Counted from the stretch's first letter, positions 1 to 10,601 are shown. The stretch: 64,000 nt of DNA from Nitrosopumilus sp. (GCA_965218695.1 OZ244651.1:1504001-1568000); one strand, 5' to 3'. The notes: a model not told the origin generated them from the sequence alone. Translations and numbers: made by a program.

Positions 1-33
1 TCATTTGGGACACGTGGTGTTAGTTAATTGTTA

Positions 34-1179
34 TCATTGGGGCGGCAACAGCATGATGTCAAGAAAGTCAAACGTGTCGCACCTGCACGAGGTTTCCAGC
101 GTTTGGGAGACGCCCGGAGACACGTCGTCTCCCAGGACAAATCGCTTGACGGGCAACCCCCCCTCTGCCCGGACAGTCATGGTAAAGCCGGTCGCAGAGG
201 TCTTTCGGTACTGCAGGGATTTGATCCTCTTCTCGGAACGTTTTCCTGACTTGTCGTAGACTACCACGGGACGTCTTGGAATCTCCCGGAGTCTTCTGAG
301 GAGCTTCGAGTCGACATGGTCTGCCGTCACCTTCATCCTGATTATAGACTCGAATGCGACAGGCCTTGCCGGCGGCCTGCCGACCACCCGGAACCCGTCT
401 ACGGATACAGAATCAGACCGCACATGGACAGACTCCGGACTCCGTCGGAGTGGGTTCTTTACCCGTATGAAGAACGGCCTTCCTCCCCCCAGCACCAAGC
501 TGGACCTGTCCTCTCCGCCTATCCACGTAAACTTGGCAGTGGTGCCCCCCATACCCTCAAAGATGCCCCTGGAGATCATCCCCTCCACGCTGTCAAACTC
601 GGATATTCCGTGAAGGCTGCAGGTCCGGCACCCCCTCCCGGAGCAGTTCTGGCAGGGCCTTTGTTTCTGGGGAATCCCCCTGACTCTCTTGACGTATCGC
701 CCGTACAGCGTGACCGGCCTTGAGCGTATGCTGCACGACTCGTCCTTCAGATTCAGCGTGATGGTGACGTCCGGATTCAGGCACTCGGACCTCTTCTGCG
801 TCCTTCTGGAGAAGGTCCTTGAGAGATTCCTGGTAACGCCTGTCTTTATGCCGTCTGCCCCCTTCAGCCGGTACCGGGACCGGATATGATCATCCCGGTC
901 CATCATGGACGGCCTGAGAATCGCGCCCAGGCAGAACGTTGAAAATGAATAACGCGACGAGGCCTCAGTCATCATGTCTAAAAGACCGTCCATGTGATCA
1001 AACAGGCCCCGGCAGATATGGCACCTAGAGCCCGAATCCCGGTTTAGCCTCCTTCCAAGAAGTCGGTCAGAGGACAGGTGCATCCGTTTTGAGAAGAGCC
1101 TACCCAGGCAGTAATCACACAGGTCATACTCCCTCAGTATTATGCCGGCAGTAGATGCGGCCTGCTGATAGTCAGACAT
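34..1179 (-). CDS. pus10: tRNA pseudouridine(54/55) synthase Pus10
   Basis: N-terminal Cys motif (LCDYCLGRLF...CHIC), THUMP-like region, GRYVK..RGIPQ, catalytic-loop-like GGED, GRPF motif; downstream of srp54. Confidence 0.85.
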   Translation of the reverse strand: MSDYQQAASTAGIILREYDLCDYCLGRLFSKRMHLSSDRLLGRRLNRDSGSRCHICRGLFDHMDGLLDMMTEASSRYSFSTFCLGAILRPSMMDRDDHIRSRYRLKGADGIKTGVTRNLSRTFSRRTQKRSECLNPDVTITLNLKDESCSIRSRPVTLYGRYVKRVRGIPQKQRPCQNCSGRGCRTCSLHGISEFDSVEGMISRGIFEGMGGTTAKFTWIGGEDRSSLVLGGGRPFFIRVKNPLRRSPESVHVRSDSVSVDGFRVVGRPPARPVAFESIIRMKVTADHVDSKLLRRLREIPRRPVVVYDKSGKRSEKRIKSLQYRKTSATGFTMTVRAEGGLPVKRFVLGDDVSPGVSQTLETSCRCDTFDFLDIMLLPPQ

Positions 1180-1199
1180 GTCGTCATGGTGCCTTGGGG

Positions 1200-2528
1200 C
1201 TATCCCAACCCCATTCGTCTAAGCGTACCCTGCATCTGGCGCCCCCTGGAGGCCTTCATCAGGTTCTTGGAAAGATTGTAGTTTTTGAGGAGATTGTTGA
1301 CGTCCCCTTCGGGCCATCCGGAACCATGGGAGATCCTCTTGACTCGGGATCGTTTGATCAGATCCGGGTTCGCCTTTTCCTGTTCGGTCATGCTCTGAAT
1401 TATATAGCGCCATTTTACAACGTTGGTCTCCATCTGGCTTACACGATCACCCTTTGCCATATCTGCAAACCCCGGCATGTTTTCAATGATCCCCTTCAGG
1501 GAGCCGGCCTTGGTAATCTCCTCCAGCTGGTAAAAAAAGTCATCCATGTTCATCTTTCCGCTGGTGATCCTCTTCATCCTCACGTCGTCCCCTTCAGACT
1601 CCAGTCGTTTTGCCAGGTCCAGAATTGCCTTGATGTCCCCCATTCCAAGAAGGCGTCCGATAAATCTGGTCGGGGAGAACTTTTGGAGATCGTCTATCTT
1701 TTCTCCGGTACCGACGTACATCACGCGTGCGCCGGTTGCAGCAGAGGCTGCAAGCGCCCCCCCACCCTTTGCAGAGCTGTCCAGTTTTGTGACAATCACG
1801 CCGCCCACAGGAATCGTCTTGTGAAACGCCTCTGCCTGGCTGTAGCACCGCCGTCCGATGGTACCGTCTATTACAAGCAGCGCCAGATCCGGATCGGCGA
1901 CATCCTTGATTCTGGTCATCTCGTCAAGCAGATCCCGCTCCTCCTTGTGGCGGCCGGCAGTATCGATAAGAATGATCTCCAAGGGCTGTCCTGCAAAATG
2001 CTTCAGCCCCTTCCGGACAATGTCAGGAGAGTCCTTGTTCTTCTCATCGCCATACACGTCCACGTTGGATTTTTGGCACATTGTCCTGAGCTGGGCCAAC
2101 GCGCCAGGCCTGTAGGTGTCAGCCCCGATCACCCCCACCTTGTACCCCTGCCGGGTCAGGAACCGGGCAAGTTTTGAGGCGGTAGTGGTCTTGCCGCTGC
2201 CCTGGATTCCAAGCAGGATTATCTTGTTCTGTCTTCCCGGTTTGAAATCAAACTCAGACTCGTTTCCCAGCAGGCCCGAAAGCTCGTCATAGAGAATCTT
2301 GACTATGTGATCCTTTCGCGACAGGCCCGGGGGCGGTGTCTCGTGCAGCGCGCGATCCTCAAGACGCGCCGTAACATCCAGAACCAGCTTGTAATCGACA
2401 TCCGAGTGTATCAGAGCCCTTTGCACATCCATTGCAAGATCCTTTATGAGATCATCGTCTATGCCAGATGAGCGGACAACCTTCCGGATTGCAGCACCCA
2501 GGCTATCCCTTAGTCCGTCAAGCATCAT
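1200..2528 (-). CDS. srp54: Signal recognition particle protein SRP54
   Basis: GIQGSGKTTT P-loop, DTYRPGA, DTAGRH, TKLDSSAKGGGALA, Met-rich M domain. Confidence 0.97.
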   Translation of the reverse strand: MMLDGLRDSLGAAIRKVVRSSGIDDDLIKDLAMDVQRALIHSDVDYKLVLDVTARLEDRALHETPPPGLSRKDHIVKILYDELSGLLGNESEFDFKPGRQNKIILLGIQGSGKTTTASKLARFLTRQGYKVGVIGADTYRPGALAQLRTMCQKSNVDVYGDEKNKDSPDIVRKGLKHFAGQPLEIILIDTAGRHKEERDLLDEMTRIKDVADPDLALLVIDGTIGRRCYSQAEAFHKTIPVGGVIVTKLDSSAKGGGALAASAATGARVMYVGTGEKIDDLQKFSPTRFIGRLLGMGDIKAILDLAKRLESEGDDVRMKRITSGKMNMDDFFYQLEEITKAGSLKGIIENMPGFADMAKGDRVSQMETNVVKWRYIIQSMTEQEKANPDLIKRSRVKRISHGSGWPEGDVNNLLKNYNLSKNLMKASRGRQMQGTLRRMGLG

Positions 2529-3207
2529 AGTTCAATTCCGCATCAGCTATTTCAAACCTTCCTCGGTACCCATCCCATATCTTTTGTGCATGGTTGATTC
2601 GGACTGGGTGTGAGAACAGCGGACAGTCCGTCACAAACGTCTCTGCCTCTCCCCCCTCAAAGTTCATGTTGAAGCCAAACCGCTTGGAGAGATCCGCCAA
2701 GAGTGCAATGTCGGGGCCGGATATGGTCCTGCCCAGCCAGTCGTCATCCAGTCCGTCAGATGAGACTGCAGTTATGATAAAGACTAGGTCTGAATCCAGC
2801 AGATCCCGCATGTATCTCTCCGGGGGAATTCCCCATACGGGCGAGACAAGACTCAGATTGTGATTCCTGCAGAGTGACTCAAACTTCTCCCTTTGAAACC
2901 TGCTCATTATCCCCCCATGGACCACCCCCTGTATGCCAAACATCGCCTTGGCATCCTCCAAAAGTCCTCCCAGCGCCTCCACCTCCGCATCCGTCTGGAC
3001 AGACGCGGAGCGGGCACACATCTGCGGCATATTCATGGACTCTGCCTGCAGCCGCGTCCACGACAGGCTGGGATGGTGCAGCAGATGGCTGTCTTCGGAT
3101 TCCGGAAGAACGGTCAGCAGGCATGCCACGTCATGCCCCTGTCTTCGCGCCAGGTGTATGGCGTAGACGCTGTCCTTTCCTCCGGTGAACAGGGATGCCA
3201 GTTTCAT
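2518..3207 (-). CDS. dph6: Diphthine--ammonia ligase (PP-loop ATPase, Dph6 family)
   Basis: SLFTGGKDS PP-loop and EGGEAETFVTDCPLF motif. Confidence 0.88.
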   Translation of the reverse strand: MKLASLFTGGKDSVYAIHLARRQGHDVACLLTVLPESEDSHLLHHPSLSWTRLQAESMNMPQMCARSASVQTDAEVEALGGLLEDAKAMFGIQGVVHGGIMSRFQREKFESLCRNHNLSLVSPVWGIPPERYMRDLLDSDLVFIITAVSSDGLDDDWLGRTISGPDIALLADLSKRFGFNMNFEGGEAETFVTDCPLFSHPVRINHAQKIWDGYRGRFEIADAELNYDA

Positions 3208-3301
3208 GATCCCAGAATCATCCCGTATTGAATGGGTACCTCATCACTCATAATCCTCATCAACACTCAGATGGCTTTTCCGCTCATCATCAGCACCCGT
3301 T

Positions 3302-3712
3302 CTAGTTCTTGATGCGCATGATTTTAGTCTTGTCCATTACAACCCAGTACTCTACATTCTGGCCGTTGTCCAGGTTCCCCCGTACGTCGGCATCCACCAA
3401 GGTCACGTCGATGGTCTCAAAGGTCTCAGAGTCCATCACCTGCACAATATCGCCGTTAATCGAGATTATCTGGCCCAGCCTCTTGTTGATCATCGGGACG
3501 TGTATCTGCATGCTGACGGGGCCCACATGGGGTCGCTTCTGTCCGTCAAATATGCCCTCCCCTACAATCCGGGCCTTGGCCGCGCCGTGCTTGCCGGGTT
3601 TTGACGTGTCATACTCGACTATTCTGCATGGTTCCCCGCTTGGCTGATCAGAGTGCGGCAACAGTATGTAGGATCCAATCTTCAGGGAGCCTAGATCAGA
3701 AGGCTTACTCAT
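3302..3712 (-). CDS. eif5a: Translation factor aIF-5A
   Basis: Hypusine-site motif SKPGKHGAAKAR. Confidence 0.97.
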   Translation of the reverse strand: MSKPSDLGSLKIGSYILLPHSDQPSGEPCRIVEYDTSKPGKHGAAKARIVGEGIFDGQKRPHVGPVSMQIHVPMINKRLGQIISINGDIVQVMDSETFETIDVTLVDADVRGNLDNGQNVEYWVVMDKTKIMRIKN

Positions 3713-3747
3713 AAAGAGAACAGCTTTGAGTCGAATATTTAACCTTT

Positions 3748-4362
3748 CTACTTTAGCTGCTCAAGGATCGAGAGGCTCATCATGTTGGTCATCAGTACCC
3801 CCTTCCTGTTGGCATCCCTTCTCGTATGCTCGCAGTACTTTTTGAGGCTCTGATGGCTCTTCTCGCTTGCAACCTCGACTACCACTATATTTTCAGAGTA
3901 TGGAAACGTAAACTTTGACGGAACCAAACAGAACGTCTCCATGCTTCCAAGCGCGGCCGACGTGATCTTCTCCCTCTTGAGCAGAATGTTTGCGATGTCC
4001 TGAAGGCCGTCATAATCCTGGCCGTACTCCAGGTAGTAGACTGAGATAAAGCCTGTGTCGCCTTCGACATCCCTCTGAAAGAGATCCTCATTGACATGGA
4101 ATACAAACGATGTCTTGTCCTGGTTGTGTCTTGTCAGATCGATTGAGATCTGCATGCTGTCCTTGAATTTGGCCAAAAGGTAGTGATTGGTCGAATCAGA
4201 AAAGTATGGCTTGCTTTCGTTGGAGAATGTGGATGTGGCAAAGAACAGTTTTTCGATGTTTGCCGAGTTGATCCACGATTCGCTGAGTTCAGTTGATCGG
4301 CGTGTGTGAAGGTACGGGGCGCAGACATATCCAAAATGGGCCAGTTTTTGTTCAGACGCCAT
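3748..4362 (-). CDS. Hypothetical protein
   Basis: 204-aa ORF with normal composition and an AT-rich upstream region; no recognised motif. Confidence 0.7.
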   Translation of the reverse strand: MASEQKLAHFGYVCAPYLHTRRSTELSESWINSANIEKLFFATSTFSNESKPYFSDSTNHYLLAKFKDSMQISIDLTRHNQDKTSFVFHVNEDLFQRDVEGDTGFISVYYLEYGQDYDGLQDIANILLKREKITSAALGSMETFCLVPSKFTFPYSENIVVVEVASEKSHQSLKKYCEHTRRDANRKGVLMTNMMSLSILEQLK

Positions 4363-4746
4363 ATAATTTGGGAATTTTGAAGATATTTATGCTTATTCGT
4401 AGAGTGATGAATACGCACAAAAGCAGACACAGGCCGTATCGGCCTGCCTTTTTCCGAGGCTCCGGCAGCCTTCATGGACGTGATTCCCATCAGAACCCCT
4501 TTCATGGCAGGGTGCAGCCGCCCGAATACCTGCATCCTTTGACGGCATCTCCTAGAGCCATGCACTCCGGAGGATGCTGCTCAGGCCGGAGCGTGTCGGG
4601 GGCAGTGAGTCTCTGCATCTCCTCCGAATCCGCATGCAGCCATGCCTGCGCGTACCAGACGAGGGCAACCATGGCATACGTCGCGGCGGCGGATTCTGTC
4701 AGTTCGGGACTTTTGGTGTAGACGAAGGCAGTTGTAGTAGAGTAGT

Positions 4747-6038
4747 CAGTCTTCCCAGAAGTACCTGAAAACAGCCCAAAATCAAAACAGATCAATTAGG
4801 GCAATCTCAGAAGGTCATCGAACTACCAATGAACCAACTGAGACGCGACTTGCTTAACAACCCACGCATATATCAAGATGTTCTGGACACGGTAGGGGCA
4901 GGCATGTCCCCGTGCATCATGGTCTCACACAGGCACAATGCCATCTACGGCACCGAGGATTTTCACAGAAGCATGGCAGGCGCATGTGCGCACGGCAGGC
5001 AGGTGGCCGGATGCACCAGGTCCTCCAAGAGAATCGGCGGTGCAGACGGGGACTCACGCCCAAGTGATGAGTGGATGCGCGATGCGGCATCCCGGACGCG
5101 TGGCAGCGACGTCTACAAATGCTTTGCCAAGACAGTCGTCCTGCAGCTTGACCAGATGCGCAAGATGAGACTGCTCAAGAAAGACCAGGAGATTGACTTG
5201 GCAATCGACATGCACCTGATACCCAGATACGACAAGAGCTACGGGGCAGAACTGGTGCGCTCAAAGGCCAAGGACGGGACACACGTCTTTGAGAGGTACA
5301 TCACGATACAGTCCACGGTTCAGAACCTTCGCCTCGTGTTAGGCGTCCTGAACATGCCGTCACTTGAGGATACTGCCGATTTCGTGCGTAAAATCATCGG
5401 CTCTGCACGGGACGTGGGGGCCTGCATCGGAATGGCGATGCTGGACAGGGGGTTCTTTACGGCAGACGTAATGGGGACGCTTGGGGACATGGGCATCAAA
5501 TATCTGATACCATGCAAGAATACGGATACTGTGGTGGATGCCATCGCAGAGTTTGCTACAGGCAGGCGCGGCCGCGTCTCCAAATCCGTCATCGTCGGGG
5601 GAGATGGCAGGGAGGTGTCGTATACGATGACCATCACAGAAAGGAAGAAGAGGAAGAAAAGAAAGGACGACGACGAGCTGCTGCCGCACGAGAAATACAT
5701 CGGGTTTGCCACCAACGTCCCCGACGTGGATCCGGACTCGTACGGGAACAGGTGGGGCATAGAGACTGGATACCGGATGATAGAAAACACAAGGGCCAAG
5801 ACGCACAGCAAGAACCCGATGGCGCGACTTTTGTGCTTTGTGTACTCTGTAGCCGTCTTTAACGCTTGGGTAATGGCAAACGCAACGCTGATGCACGTTA
5901 CCGGGATTTATCCCACGGATCCCCCGATCACCCAACAGGATCTCAGGGACATGCTGCTGTTGCTGATCGTATTTGGCTACAAAGAGCCGCCGGAGCCCCC
6001 GCCGCCGGTGCTACCCTGAGCTACTTCTGGGAAGACTG
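4747..6038 (+). mobile_element. ISH3-family insertion sequence (element A)
   Basis: TIR CAGTCTTCCCAGAAGTA at 4747 and its reverse complement ending at 6038; flanked by direct repeat AGTAGT (4741-4746, 6039-6044; GTAG if the TIR is extended 1 bp). Confidence 0.88.
4829..6019 (+). CDS. ISH3/IS4-like DDE transposase
   Basis: AIDMHLIPRYD, LDRGFF and Y..RWGIETGYR motifs. Confidence 0.88.
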   Translation: MNQLRRDLLNNPRIYQDVLDTVGAGMSPCIMVSHRHNAIYGTEDFHRSMAGACAHGRQVAGCTRSSKRIGGADGDSRPSDEWMRDAASRTRGSDVYKCFAKTVVLQLDQMRKMRLLKKDQEIDLAIDMHLIPRYDKSYGAELVRSKAKDGTHVFERYITIQSTVQNLRLVLGVLNMPSLEDTADFVRKIIGSARDVGACIGMAMLDRGFFTADVMGTLGDMGIKYLIPCKNTDTVVDAIAEFATGRRGRVSKSVIVGGDGREVSYTMTITERKKRKKRKDDDELLPHEKYIGFATNVPDVDPDSYGNRWGIETGYRMIENTRAKTHSKNPMARLLCFVYSVAVFNAWVMANATLMHVTGIYPTDPPITQQDLRDMLLLLIVFGYKEPPEPPPPVLP

Positions 6039-6085
6039 AGTAGTAGTAGATAGTTTTTTAATAGCATTGATTCTTGTAAATTTGT

Positions 6086-6209
6086 CCCAAGCTAGCTCAG
6101 CCTGGTAGAGCTTCCGGCTGTAGTTGTCGGCTTCAGATGGCTGACCAGATAACAGCACATCAGGCATACAGAAACCGGGTTGTCGAAGGTTCAATTCCTT
6201 CGCTTGGGA
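6086..6209 (+). tRNA. tRNA-Tyr(GTA) with ~50-nt intron at 37/38 (6124-6173)
   Basis: Acceptor stem CCCAAGC/GCTTGGG-A, D-arm TAGCTCAGCCTGGTAGAGC, anticodon arm TCCGG-CTGTAG, T-arm GAAGGTTCAATTCCTTC, CTGTA/TACAG helix compatible with a bulge-helix-bulge. Confidence 0.92.
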
Positions 6210-6344
6210 CTCACATATTTGGAACAACGGGTACACGGCCATCCCACGGAATGCCGTCTCCGGACACAACATGTGGGTGTGCCGGAATATGCATGAAAAT
6301 AATAAAAAGATAGACTGAATTAAGAGATTCTAAAAACTTGTCGC

Positions 6345-6536
6345 CTACTCTGATTTTTTGACTTTTTGTGCTGCAGGTCCTTTTCTGCCTTCGCCCACTT
6401 CAAACTCGACTTTATCGCCTTCGTTGATAAATCCGTCAACGTCTGATTTGTGAACAAACAGATCGTCGCCTGATTCTCTCTCGATAAAACCAAAGCCCTT
6501 AGTACGGTTAAACCACTTTACGGTGCCTTGTTCCAT
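6345..6536 (-). CDS. cspA: Cold-shock protein
   Basis: GTVKWFN..KGFGFI and LFVHKS (RNP1/RNP2) motifs. Confidence 0.95.
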   Translation of the reverse strand: MEQGTVKWFNRTKGFGFIERESGDDLFVHKSDVDGFINEGDKVEFEVGEGRKGPAAQKVKKSE

Positions 6537-6852
6537 TTGACTTAGGAGAAATTCATGCTACATATTAAGTAGCTCATCAGGATCAGATTCAAGTCCGATA
6601 CAGGCACAAACGTGCGGAATTATGTGGGCATTTACTCCTACCCGGAATTGGGACAGAGGTATCTACGGGCCAGACGGTGACTTCTGATTGCCGGTTAGTG
6701 GAGCGGCAGGCAGGTACCCTGGCCAAACCCGAAAGGATTTCCATGATGCATGCATGCATGCAGTCTTCCTTGGTGGTTTTGAGACTACATGCCCTGGCCC
6801 ACCTACTGTTCCCCAATGGGATGTCTTCAGGCGCATCCTGTTTTGGGATGCA

Positions 6853-7164
6853 TCAAAAGTCCTTGGGGATGTGGTTGTTTGCCTTCAGCCACTCCACCTG
6901 CGGGAGCGTGAACCTCCAGACGATGTCACCCTTCTCAGCCTCGTTAAAGTCCCAAGGCGCTATGATCACAATGTCGTTGTCCCTTATCCAGACCCGCCTC
7001 TTGAGCTTGCCCCTTATCCTGCCCCGGCGGGTGATATTGTCAGTACACTTGATAAGAACATTCTCTCCTCCAAGCATCTTCAAAACCCTTCCAAACATCT
7101 CCCCTTCCTCGGGAAGACGAATCTCCTTTAAAGCACTCTCGCTCTTGACCTGTCGCTTGCCCAT
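6853..7164 (-). CDS. eif1a: Translation initiation factor aIF-1A
   Basis: GRVLKMLGG...RIRGKLKRRVWIR..DIVIIAPWDF; start adjusted to MGKRQ. Confidence 0.95.
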   Translation of the reverse strand: MGKRQVKSESALKEIRLPEEGEMFGRVLKMLGGENVLIKCTDNITRRGRIRGKLKRRVWIRDNDIVIIAPWDFNEAEKGDIVWRFTLPQVEWLKANNHIPKDF

Positions 7165-7256
7165 GACATTTAACAGGGCAGTAAGCATATAACTTGTGGC
7201 ATTCCGGCGTGGCCTGCATGCAAGGGGTTTTATTTCGTCATCCGAATGACTGACTT

Positions 7257-7817
7257 GTGGAATTCAGATGCGTGCAGGAGTGCTCGCAGTGCTGTATCGA
7301 AAGGGAGTACTATCCAAGCAGAAGGTTTGGAAAGATAGGCGTCCTGATACTCCCAGAAGAGAAGGAGAGAATCCAGAGCCTGGCAGCGGAGATGGGTATT
7401 AAAGTCAGCATTCTGCCAAGAATCGGAATATCAAACACGGATGATCCGGCGACGATAGAGGTTCTGGCATACCAGATGATGGGAAGGCACGATGACGGCA
7501 ACATGTGCCCGTTTCTGGATACGGAGAGCGGGGCAAAGTCGCCTCACATGGGACACCCGTGCAGGATTTACGCCCGCAGGCCGCTTGCATGCATGGCCTA
7601 CCCGCTAAACGAACCGGACCCCATAACACTTGATGAAAAGTGCAAGTTCTGCAAGGAGCACGGAGACGCGGATCAGAACCTGGAATCCGAGATGGAGGCG
7701 CTCCTGAAGATAAGGAGCGGCATGGAGACGCGTGCGCCGTTTGTCTGGCGGTTTGCCACAGGAGTCGGGGAGCCAGATGTAGAGATCCTGAAGCAGGGCT
7801 GGATCATGGAGGGATGA
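7257..7817 (+). CDS. YkgJ-family (CxxCxxCC) cysteine-cluster protein
   Basis: FRC..ECSQCC, CPFLD and C.IY..RPLAC.AYP motifs. Confidence 0.85.
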   Translation: MEFRCVQECSQCCIEREYYPSRRFGKIGVLILPEEKERIQSLAAEMGIKVSILPRIGISNTDDPATIEVLAYQMMGRHDDGNMCPFLDTESGAKSPHMGHPCRIYARRPLACMAYPLNEPDPITLDEKCKFCKEHGDADQNLESEMEALLKIRSGMETRAPFVWRFATGVGEPDVEILKQGWIMEG

Positions 7818-7981
7818 CGGCTGGTTGCTGTATGGGCAGCAGGCGCCTGCTACCGGCAGACAGATGCCCACGCCATGCAGATATGTGCATGTGTCGCAGG
7901 TCGGGCTTGTTCATGGCCTGAAACCTGTCCAGTCATTATGATGCGTGCCTTGCGCCACGCCACGCCACCTGCCGTGCAGTC

Positions 7982-9040
7982 TCAGGATGCAGGATTGATT
8001 ACGGCACGGCCGATGATGTTTCGGGCCTTGAGGTCATTCATTGCATTGTTGACATCGTCAAGGGAGTACCGCTTAGAGATGACAGGATTGATTACCCCCT
8101 TTCTTGCAAGATCAAGGAGTTCCACCATGTCGTTGTAGCTCCCAGTGTATGCCCCCTGGATGGTGATTGATTTTAGCGGAATCGTCACAAGGGACAGCTC
8201 GATGGAGCCGCCAAACAGCCCAACCAGGACAAGGTTGCCCCTCTTGCGCAACACAGACAGGGACATCTTTACGGTGGAAGGGGCGTTGACAAAATCAACG
8301 ACGCCGTCTGCACCCTTTTCATTGCATATTGAGATGATCTCCTTGGAGACGTCCGTATTCTTGGAGTTCAGGGTGTAGTCTGCGCCTAGCTTCCTGGCCA
8401 GTTCCAGTTTCTGATCGCCATAATCGACACATATGATCTTGGCATCGGTGATGGCCTTTGCGATCTGCACCCCCATCAGCCCGAGCCCGCCTATTCCAAC
8501 AAGCACCAGAAACTCGAGGGGTTTCTGACTCACCTTCTTTATGGCAGTGTATGCCGTAAGTGCAGAACATGCAATGGAGGTTGCAGAATCAGGATCAACG
8601 CCGTCAAGCTTTGCAAGGTACTTGTAGTCTGAAACCAGAACATGGTCAGAGTATCCCCCATCTTGAAACACCCCCATGGATCTTGGCGCATCGCACAGAT
8701 TTTCATTGCCGGCAAGACACGCAGGGCACTGCAGGCACCCCATCCATGGAAATACCAGAACCAGATCCCCGTTTGATACGCCGGAGACGTCACTGCCCAC
8801 GGCATCAACTGTTCCGACTATCTCATGACCCGGCGTTACAGGATACTTTACGCCCCTGTCAGTAACCTTCATGAACTGACCGTCTCCGAGATCGTATCCC
8901 CCCTCCCACAGGTGCAGGTCGCTGTGGCAGACGCCTACCGACCTGACTTTGAGCAGAACCTGACGGCCTTTGGGCTGCGGAGTCTCGAACTCAGAAAGCG
9001 TGAGAGGCTCCTGGGGAGCCGTAATACGAGCGGATTTCAT
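7982..9040 (-). CDS. Zn-dependent alcohol dehydrogenase (MDR family)
   Basis: GVCHSDLH, GHE, CLQCPAC...C structural Zn site, GIGGLG; start adjusted to MKSARI. Confidence 0.93.
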   Translation of the reverse strand: MKSARITAPQEPLTLSEFETPQPKGRQVLLKVRSVGVCHSDLHLWEGGYDLGDGQFMKVTDRGVKYPVTPGHEIVGTVDAVGSDVSGVSNGDLVLVFPWMGCLQCPACLAGNENLCDAPRSMGVFQDGGYSDHVLVSDYKYLAKLDGVDPDSATSIACSALTAYTAIKKVSQKPLEFLVLVGIGGLGLMGVQIAKAITDAKIICVDYGDQKLELARKLGADYTLNSKNTDVSKEIISICNEKGADGVVDFVNAPSTVKMSLSVLRKRGNLVLVGLFGGSIELSLVTIPLKSITIQGAYTGSYNDMVELLDLARKGVINPVISKRYSLDDVNNAMNDLKARNIIGRAVINPAS

Positions 9041-9134
9041 AGAATTACCTTTTGCAGCAACAATATAAGAGTTGACTGAAGATTGGAAAAAAATAGAGCA
9101 GCTACATATTATTGAGCATCTGCCAACGTATGGT

Positions 9135-9806
9135 GTGAGCAGCCCCGGGATCCCCAACAACATATCACAGGATCCAGTCAACATACTGTTCAGTCCGTCG
9201 TCGGTTGCCAGAAAGGACGTCTGGGAGATCGACCTGATTCAGATACTGGACATGCTGGTAAAGATCCTCGAAAGGACAGGAAGGAAGGACCTGAAGGTTG
9301 CAGGAATGGCCGCCCTGTCCTCATCGCTCATCTACAGGATGAAGGTCGAGAGCATCTTTGCGCTGCAAAAGGCGGCGATGGAAAAAAAGCCCATACGCCA
9401 GAGAACGGATGTGGACATAGAGCTCATAGACATGCCATACAGGCACGAGTCAACCTATCCAGTCTCGCTTGATGATCTGCTGGGCCTGCTCCAGAACCTC
9501 ATCGGCACGATTGCAAATCCGCAGTCAAGGAAGAGGCTGAACGTGGAGCCGGCAGAGCCGCCTGACTTTCAGGAATACTTTATCCCGCTTGAGAGCATTA
9601 TTGAAAAGTACGAGGACATGGTGATGAGGAAGATCGAGCCTGCGGGGTTTGGGATGCTTCAGGAGATCATTGCAGACCTTGACGAGATTGATTCCATCAG
9701 ATGCTTCTTTGCCATACTGTTTCTGGCAAGGGACAGAAAGGCGGACCTGGAACAGGTGGGGGACGACATCAAGATTATGGCGATAAGGAGGGAGGCTGCG
9801 GGCTGA
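9135..9806 (+). CDS. scpA: Segregation and condensation protein A (kleisin)
   Basis: DVWEIDL and F.AILFLA winged-helix motifs; directly upstream of scpB; start uncertain (GTG). Confidence 0.82.
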   Translation: MSSPGIPNNISQDPVNILFSPSSVARKDVWEIDLIQILDMLVKILERTGRKDLKVAGMAALSSSLIYRMKVESIFALQKAAMEKKPIRQRTDVDIELIDMPYRHESTYPVSLDDLLGLLQNLIGTIANPQSRKRLNVEPAEPPDFQEYFIPLESIIEKYEDMVMRKIEPAGFGMLQEIIADLDEIDSIRCFFAILFLARDRKADLEQVGDDIKIMAIRREAAG

Positions 9807-9839
9807 CGGCATGCGGGTTCCAAAGGGGCAGGATAAGAA

Positions 9840-10409
9840 TTGGTAAGGGTTGAGGATGCAGGCACGGCCACGGCAAGGATAGAGGCGGCCCTGTACTCTG
9901 CAGGAAGGCCCTTGAAGGTGGAGGAGATCGTCAGGGCATCAGGCACGGAGTCCAAGATAAAAACGCTGGATCTGCTAGGCAAGATCATGAAAAAGACAAG
10001 GACCGCGTTCAAGGCGCTTGAGATAGTCATGCTTCCTGACGGATCATACGTGTTTCAGCTAAAACCCGAATACAGCTCCACCGTAAAGAGATATGCATCG
10101 AAGCCCATCCTTCCGAATGCCACCCTAAAGACGCTGTCATACATTGCCTACAGCCAGCCGATCTCATCCAAGCAGCTGACAGAGACGAGGGGGACCGGGG
10201 TGTATGCGCACCTCAAGGAACTGCGGCAGCTGAATTTTGTCGACAGCCAGAAGGTCGGCAGGCTGAGAATCTATACGACATCGATAAAGTTCCAGAAATA
10301 CTTTGGGATTCAGGGTGATGTTGAGAGCCTAAAGCAGCGGCTCTTCTCCAAGATAAAAAATCCGGCAGACATGGTACAGACGAAACCTGCCGAGATCTCC
10401 CAGAAGTAG
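9840..10409 (+). CDS. scpB: Segregation and condensation protein B
   Basis: IEAALYSAGRPL, LKTLSYIAYSQPI, YTTS.KFQKYFG. Confidence 0.92.
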   Translation: MVRVEDAGTATARIEAALYSAGRPLKVEEIVRASGTESKIKTLDLLGKIMKKTRTAFKALEIVMLPDGSYVFQLKPEYSSTVKRYASKPILPNATLKTLSYIAYSQPISSKQLTETRGTGVYAHLKELRQLNFVDSQKVGRLRIYTTSIKFQKYFGIQGDVESLKQRLFSKIKNPADMVQTKPAEISQK

Positions 10410-10601
10410 GCTTTCTCTCTCCTCCCTCCCTCCATCCCTCCCCCCTTCTCCCCCGTCTGCCCAAGACATGCCATGTCCCTGAATCCTGCCGGGAGTCTTT
10501 GGATGCGAAATGGCCGTTGCCTGATGTTCATCCTCGTGCATGCACCAGTCGGCAGATTCGCCTGCGTTTTGTATAAATTAGAGTGACTGGAATGTGCAAT
10601 C

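Noticed and set aside
4408-4740. ORFs 4293-4721, 4502-4795 and 4574-4768 beside ISH3 element A
   Set aside because: No motif or consistent coding signal; 4502-4795 starts inside the IS.
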